Shown: piece after piece, positions 61,345 to 64,000 of the stretch
Layout of the letters: every line of letters begins with the position of its first letter
Position numbering within the stretch: position 1 is the stretch's first letter
NCBI GenBank assembly: GCA_964351365.1
Contig: CAYGNP010000001.1
Span: 92,572 to 156,571, forward strand
Source: an uncultured Micavibrio sp.
Lineage (GTDB): Bacteria > Pseudomonadota > Alphaproteobacteria > Micavibrionales > Micavibrionaceae
Length of the DNA: 64,000 bases
Reading direction: 5' to 3'
Notes under the pieces: model-generated
What the model was told of the DNA's origin: nothing
Database searches by the model: none
Seen by the model: only the letters and a program-made list of their open reading frames with translations
Position numbers and translations under genes: made by a program

Positions 61345-62031
61345 TTAATTCATACAACCCAATGTTACAGAACTTGCTAGGTCAATGGCCGCATCCTGGC
61401 CGCCGTTCTGCGCGGCCTTATAAATGCGCCCAATAAAGAGCGGAACCGGATCATTCAACTCGAAATAACGTGTTTCAGAGAAATCAATGTCGGTGTTATC
61501 ATATTTATCCAAAATTATATTTATATCGCGCCTATCCTCCACTGCTTCAAGGGTATCAAGGAGAATGGAATTGAGCTGCGCGCACATGCCGTATTTCATT
61601 TTGTAATCATATTCGCGCTCTGGGTTAGTATTGAGCGGCATCAATTTAATGCATTCATCATAGTCTTTGAGGCTATCCAGCTTAGCCTGAATCAGTCCTT
61701 TTTCACGGATTGTGCTCAATCTTTCTTCAAATAAGGGCTGCATGATTTTCATGTCTGTAAAATCCTCAATTTGGTCCCCCCTCTCATAACGTTTGGCAAC
61801 GGCGTAGAAGAAGGATGTGCGCATAGCACAGCCCTTTTTATCGTTTGAGAACGCGATTTTTTCAATGTCGAGGTTTTTGTATATGTCGGGCGGTGTTGTT
61901 TCAACCGTATCTGGGTTTGGCGTAAAATCCGAAGTTTGTGCAATTAGTCCTTTGGGCAAAAATGATATTGCTGCTCCGCCAGCCGTTATCAGCACTACCA
62001 AAACCAATATTGTTTTCCCAAAATTGCGCAT
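61345..62031 (-). CDS. Hypothetical membrane-anchored or secreted protein
   Basis: 228 aa. The N-terminal hydrophobic segment is ILVLVVLITAGGAAISFL. It has four Cys. I recognise no family. Confidence 0.6.
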   Translation of the reverse strand: MRNFGKTILVLVVLITAGGAAISFLPKGLIAQTSDFTPNPDTVETTPPDIYKNLDIEKIAFSNDKKGCAMRTSFFYAVAKRYERGDQIEDFTDMKIMQPLFEERLSTIREKGLIQAKLDSLKDYDECIKLMPLNTNPEREYDYKMKYGMCAQLNSILLDTLEAVEDRRDINIILDKYDNTDIDFSETRYFELNDPVPLFIGRIYKAAQNGGQDAAIDLASSVTLGCMN

Positions 62032-62070
62032 GCGTAATTATAGCCATATTCGTCATAAAAGAACAAGTTT

Positions 62071-62931
62071 TCATTCACCGGAATTAAGGGCAGATTCGTA
62101 TGTTTCAAAGAAATCCATGCTGGCGGCCAGAAAATCGGGCAGTAGCATTCCCTCGTTTTGGCCGCAGTATTTGATAGTTTTGCCCTGAAAATCGCGAATA
62201 TCTCCGCCTGCGGCGCGAAGGATGGCGTGCCCGGCGGCGGTGTCCCATTCGCATATCGCGCCAAAGCGTGGGTAGAGATCGGCTTTGGCGTTTGCGATTG
62301 CACAGAGTTTGAGGGAGCTGGACTGGCGGATGATTGAGGAGACTTTGAAGTTTTCCAGCAGGGCGTGGAACTCCTCTTTGCGGCCATAATGACCGCCGGA
62401 GGTCACTGTCAGCCCTTGTTTGAGCATTTTGCGGGTGCGCATTTCCTTTTCTTTTTCGCTGTCTTCGAAATATCTGAATGCGCTGGCGTTTCCGTTTTCT
62501 TCGGTGAACCCCGCGTAAAGCTCGCCTTTTTCAGGGGCATAAACGACGCCCAGAACCGGCGAGCCGTTATGGATAAGGCCGATATTGACGGTGAATTCCC
62601 CCTCCCCGCGCAGGAAGGATTTTGTCCCATCAAGAGGATCAACAAGCCAGAAATAAGGCTGGTTTGTTAAATCTACGCGCGTACCTGATGCGTAGGATTC
62701 TTCGCCTATAAATGGAATACCGGGAAGCAGTTTTGTAAGATTTGTTTCAATTAATGCTTCGGCTTGCTGATCGGCTATTGTAACCGGCGAGCCGTCAGAT
62801 TTTCCGGTTGTTTCGTTATCGCGTATGCCATCGAAATATTCAAGGATCAGCTCCCCCGCCTCAACCGCAATCCTGCGCACGCTGTTGCAGAGCGCCTTGC
62901 GGTGGGAGAGGAGTTTAGAGGACGTAGTCAA
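62071..62931 (-). CDS. cysQ: 3'(2'),5'-bisphosphate nucleotidase CysQ
   Basis: ORF 62071..62979. The ATG at 62979 would overlap cysNC by 65 nt, whereas an in-frame TTG at 62931 gives a 17-nt overlap, so the start is uncertain. WLVDPLDGT, the IMPase-family metal motif, and WDTAAGHAIL are present. Confidence 0.85.
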   Translation of the reverse strand: MTTSSKLLSHRKALCNSVRRIAVEAGELILEYFDGIRDNETTGKSDGSPVTIADQQAEALIETNLTKLLPGIPFIGEESYASGTRVDLTNQPYFWLVDPLDGTKSFLRGEGEFTVNIGLIHNGSPVLGVVYAPEKGELYAGFTEENGNASAFRYFEDSEKEKEMRTRKMLKQGLTVTSGGHYGRKEEFHALLENFKVSSIIRQSSSLKLCAIANAKADLYPRFGAICEWDTAAGHAILRAAGGDIRDFQGKTIKYCGQNEGMLLPDFLAASMDFFETYESALNSGE

Positions 62932-64000
62932 GGACTTGTTCTTTGGCTTTTGCGGTATCGGACAAATCACCCAGTGCAATTTGTTGCTCGATATAGTTTA
63001 CGAGCTGTTTGATGCAAGATTCAAGGTCATTTGTTTTGGTATCAATGATTAATTCCGGATTTGCTGGAAATTCATATGGCGCATCATTACTGAGGCCCGT
63101 AAATTCCTGAATCTCTCCGGCGCGGGCCTTTTTGTATAAGCCCGATTTATCGCGCGATTCGCAGGTTTCAAGGTCTGCGGCTATGGCGATTTCATGGAAA
63201 TGCTCGCCAGCGCGCTCGCGGATGAGGCGGCGGTCAGAGCGATAAGGTGAGATGAAGGCGGTAATGACGACCTGGCCTGTGCTGGCCATTAACTGTGCGA
63301 TATGCCCCACGCGGCGGATGTTTTCGGCGCGGTCTTTGGGGGAAAAGCTGAGGTCATTATTAATCCCGCAGCGCACATTCCCGCTATCGAGGACGACGAC
63401 ATTAATTCCTTTTTCGAATAATACTTTTTCCGCCGCCATAGCCAGTGTCGTTTTTCCTGCGCCGGACAGGCCGGTCAGCCAGAAAATTCCTCCACGGTGG
63501 CCATTGCGCTTTGCGCGTTCATCGTGAGAGATGATGTGATCGACCCAGTCGATGTTTTTGGCTTTGGGAGCTTCAGCGCGCTGATCGGCGTAGCCTTCCA
63601 TACTGAGCGCCCCGCCGCCGACAATGTCGTAGCCCTCATAGACAACCAGACGGCCTAGGCGTTCGTTATCGGTATATGGGTCGATGGGCAATAGATCGCG
63701 GGCGCGGAAGGTGACTTCGGCCACGGCGTTACGGGCGACTTCGCCTTTTTGTGAGGTATCGGCAAGGTCTTGGGTGTCGATGACTTTATCTATGGATTGT
63801 ACAGACACCATGGCTTCGTGCGTGCCGTATCGAATTTTGTATGAGTTGCCGACCTTGAGTGGTTTATGCGCGAGCCAGAAAATGCTGGCACGAAAAACGT
63901 TGGAGAGCATTGGCGGATTTTTGGTGTGCGATCCGATATGCCCGCGCTCGACGAATAATCTTTGATCCAGCGTAATCCCTATGGCTTCGCCGGGATGGGC
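62915..64000 (-). CDS. cysNC: Bifunctional sulfate adenylyltransferase subunit 1 / adenylylsulfate kinase (CysN C-terminal part plus CysC); the 5' end lies beyond the window
   Basis: The frame stays open to position 64000 (AHPGEAIGITLDQRLFVERGHIGS... precedes the tracked M at 63910). The CysN domain II/III is followed by the APS kinase domain (IFWLTGLSGAGKTT, NVVVLDSGNVR, FISPYRSDR). Confidence 0.88.
   Translation of the reverse strand, partial: AHPGEAIGITLDQRLFVERGHIGSHTKNPPMLSNVFRASIFWLAHKPLKVGNSYKIRYGTHEAMVSVQSIDKVIDTQDLADTSQKGEVARNAVAEVTFRARDLLPIDPYTDNERLGRLVVYEGYDIVGGGALSMEGYADQRAEAPKAKNIDWVDHIISHDERAKRNGHRGGIFWLTGLSGAGKTTLAMAAEKVLFEKGINVVVLDSGNVRCGINNDLSFSPKDRAENIRRVGHIAQLMASTGQVVITAFISPYRSDRRLIRERAGEHFHEIAIAADLETCESRDKSGLYKKARAGEIQEFTGLSNDAPYEFPANPELIIDTKTNDLESCIKQLVNYIEQQIALGDLSDTAKAKEQVLDYVL

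Overview
Gene-dense chromosomal window with about 60 protein genes and one RNase P RNA. I saw no tRNA, rRNA, CRISPR array, transposase or integrase. It looks proteobacterial and probably alphaproteobacterial, based on a PodJ-like protein architecture, SlyX, NodT/RND efflux genes and a long leader before an ornithine decarboxylase. That taxon call is inference only.

Gene order:
- Start of the dcw cluster on the minus strand (ftsI', ftsL, rsmH, mraZ), with a phased ATGGGA box array upstream.
- rnpB, an AmpD-like amidase, an exported MsrA, an FAD oxidase, dusB, a cluster of short repeats and slyX.
- A fused System II cytochrome c synthetase (ccsBA) plus a TlpA/ResA-like thioredoxin.
- An Atm1-type ABC exporter translationally coupled to ggt.
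- A PodJ-like coiled-coil/Sel1/PG-binding protein and an FNT channel.
- A polyamine cluster (odc, carboxy(nor)spermidine dehydrogenase and decarboxylase, agmatinase) interrupted by a repeat-flanked GIY-YIG gene.
- A NodT-MFP-RND efflux operon next to a short divergent OMF-like lipoprotein, then tamB-tamA.
- Rrf2 regulator with cysG-cysH-cysJ-cysI, then mtnP.
- A lysine-catabolism pair (ALDH7-type amaB and ydcJ/hglS), parDE, an ABC-F ATPase, a desaturase and typA.
- An ECF sigma with a VWA anti-sigma, a 3-gene surface-glycan cluster, three orphan genes, cysQ and cysNC'.

I found no recognisable defence system. The most unusual signals are:
1. A dispersed palindromic repeat family (GTCATTCTGAG...GAAGAATC). 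It brackets the cys operon, sits in-frame inside two coding regions, and flanks a GIY-YIG nuclease gene in inverted orientation, much as REP sequences flank RAYT transposases.
2. A roughly 390-nt structured leader with a 43-codon uORF ending just before a terminator-like hairpin, upstream of ornithine decarboxylase.
3. A fused CcsBA in an apparently alphaproteobacterial context.
4. An Atm1-GGT coupled gene pair.
5. A three-gene orphan block.

All coordinates and motifs were read by eye, and no database search was possible.
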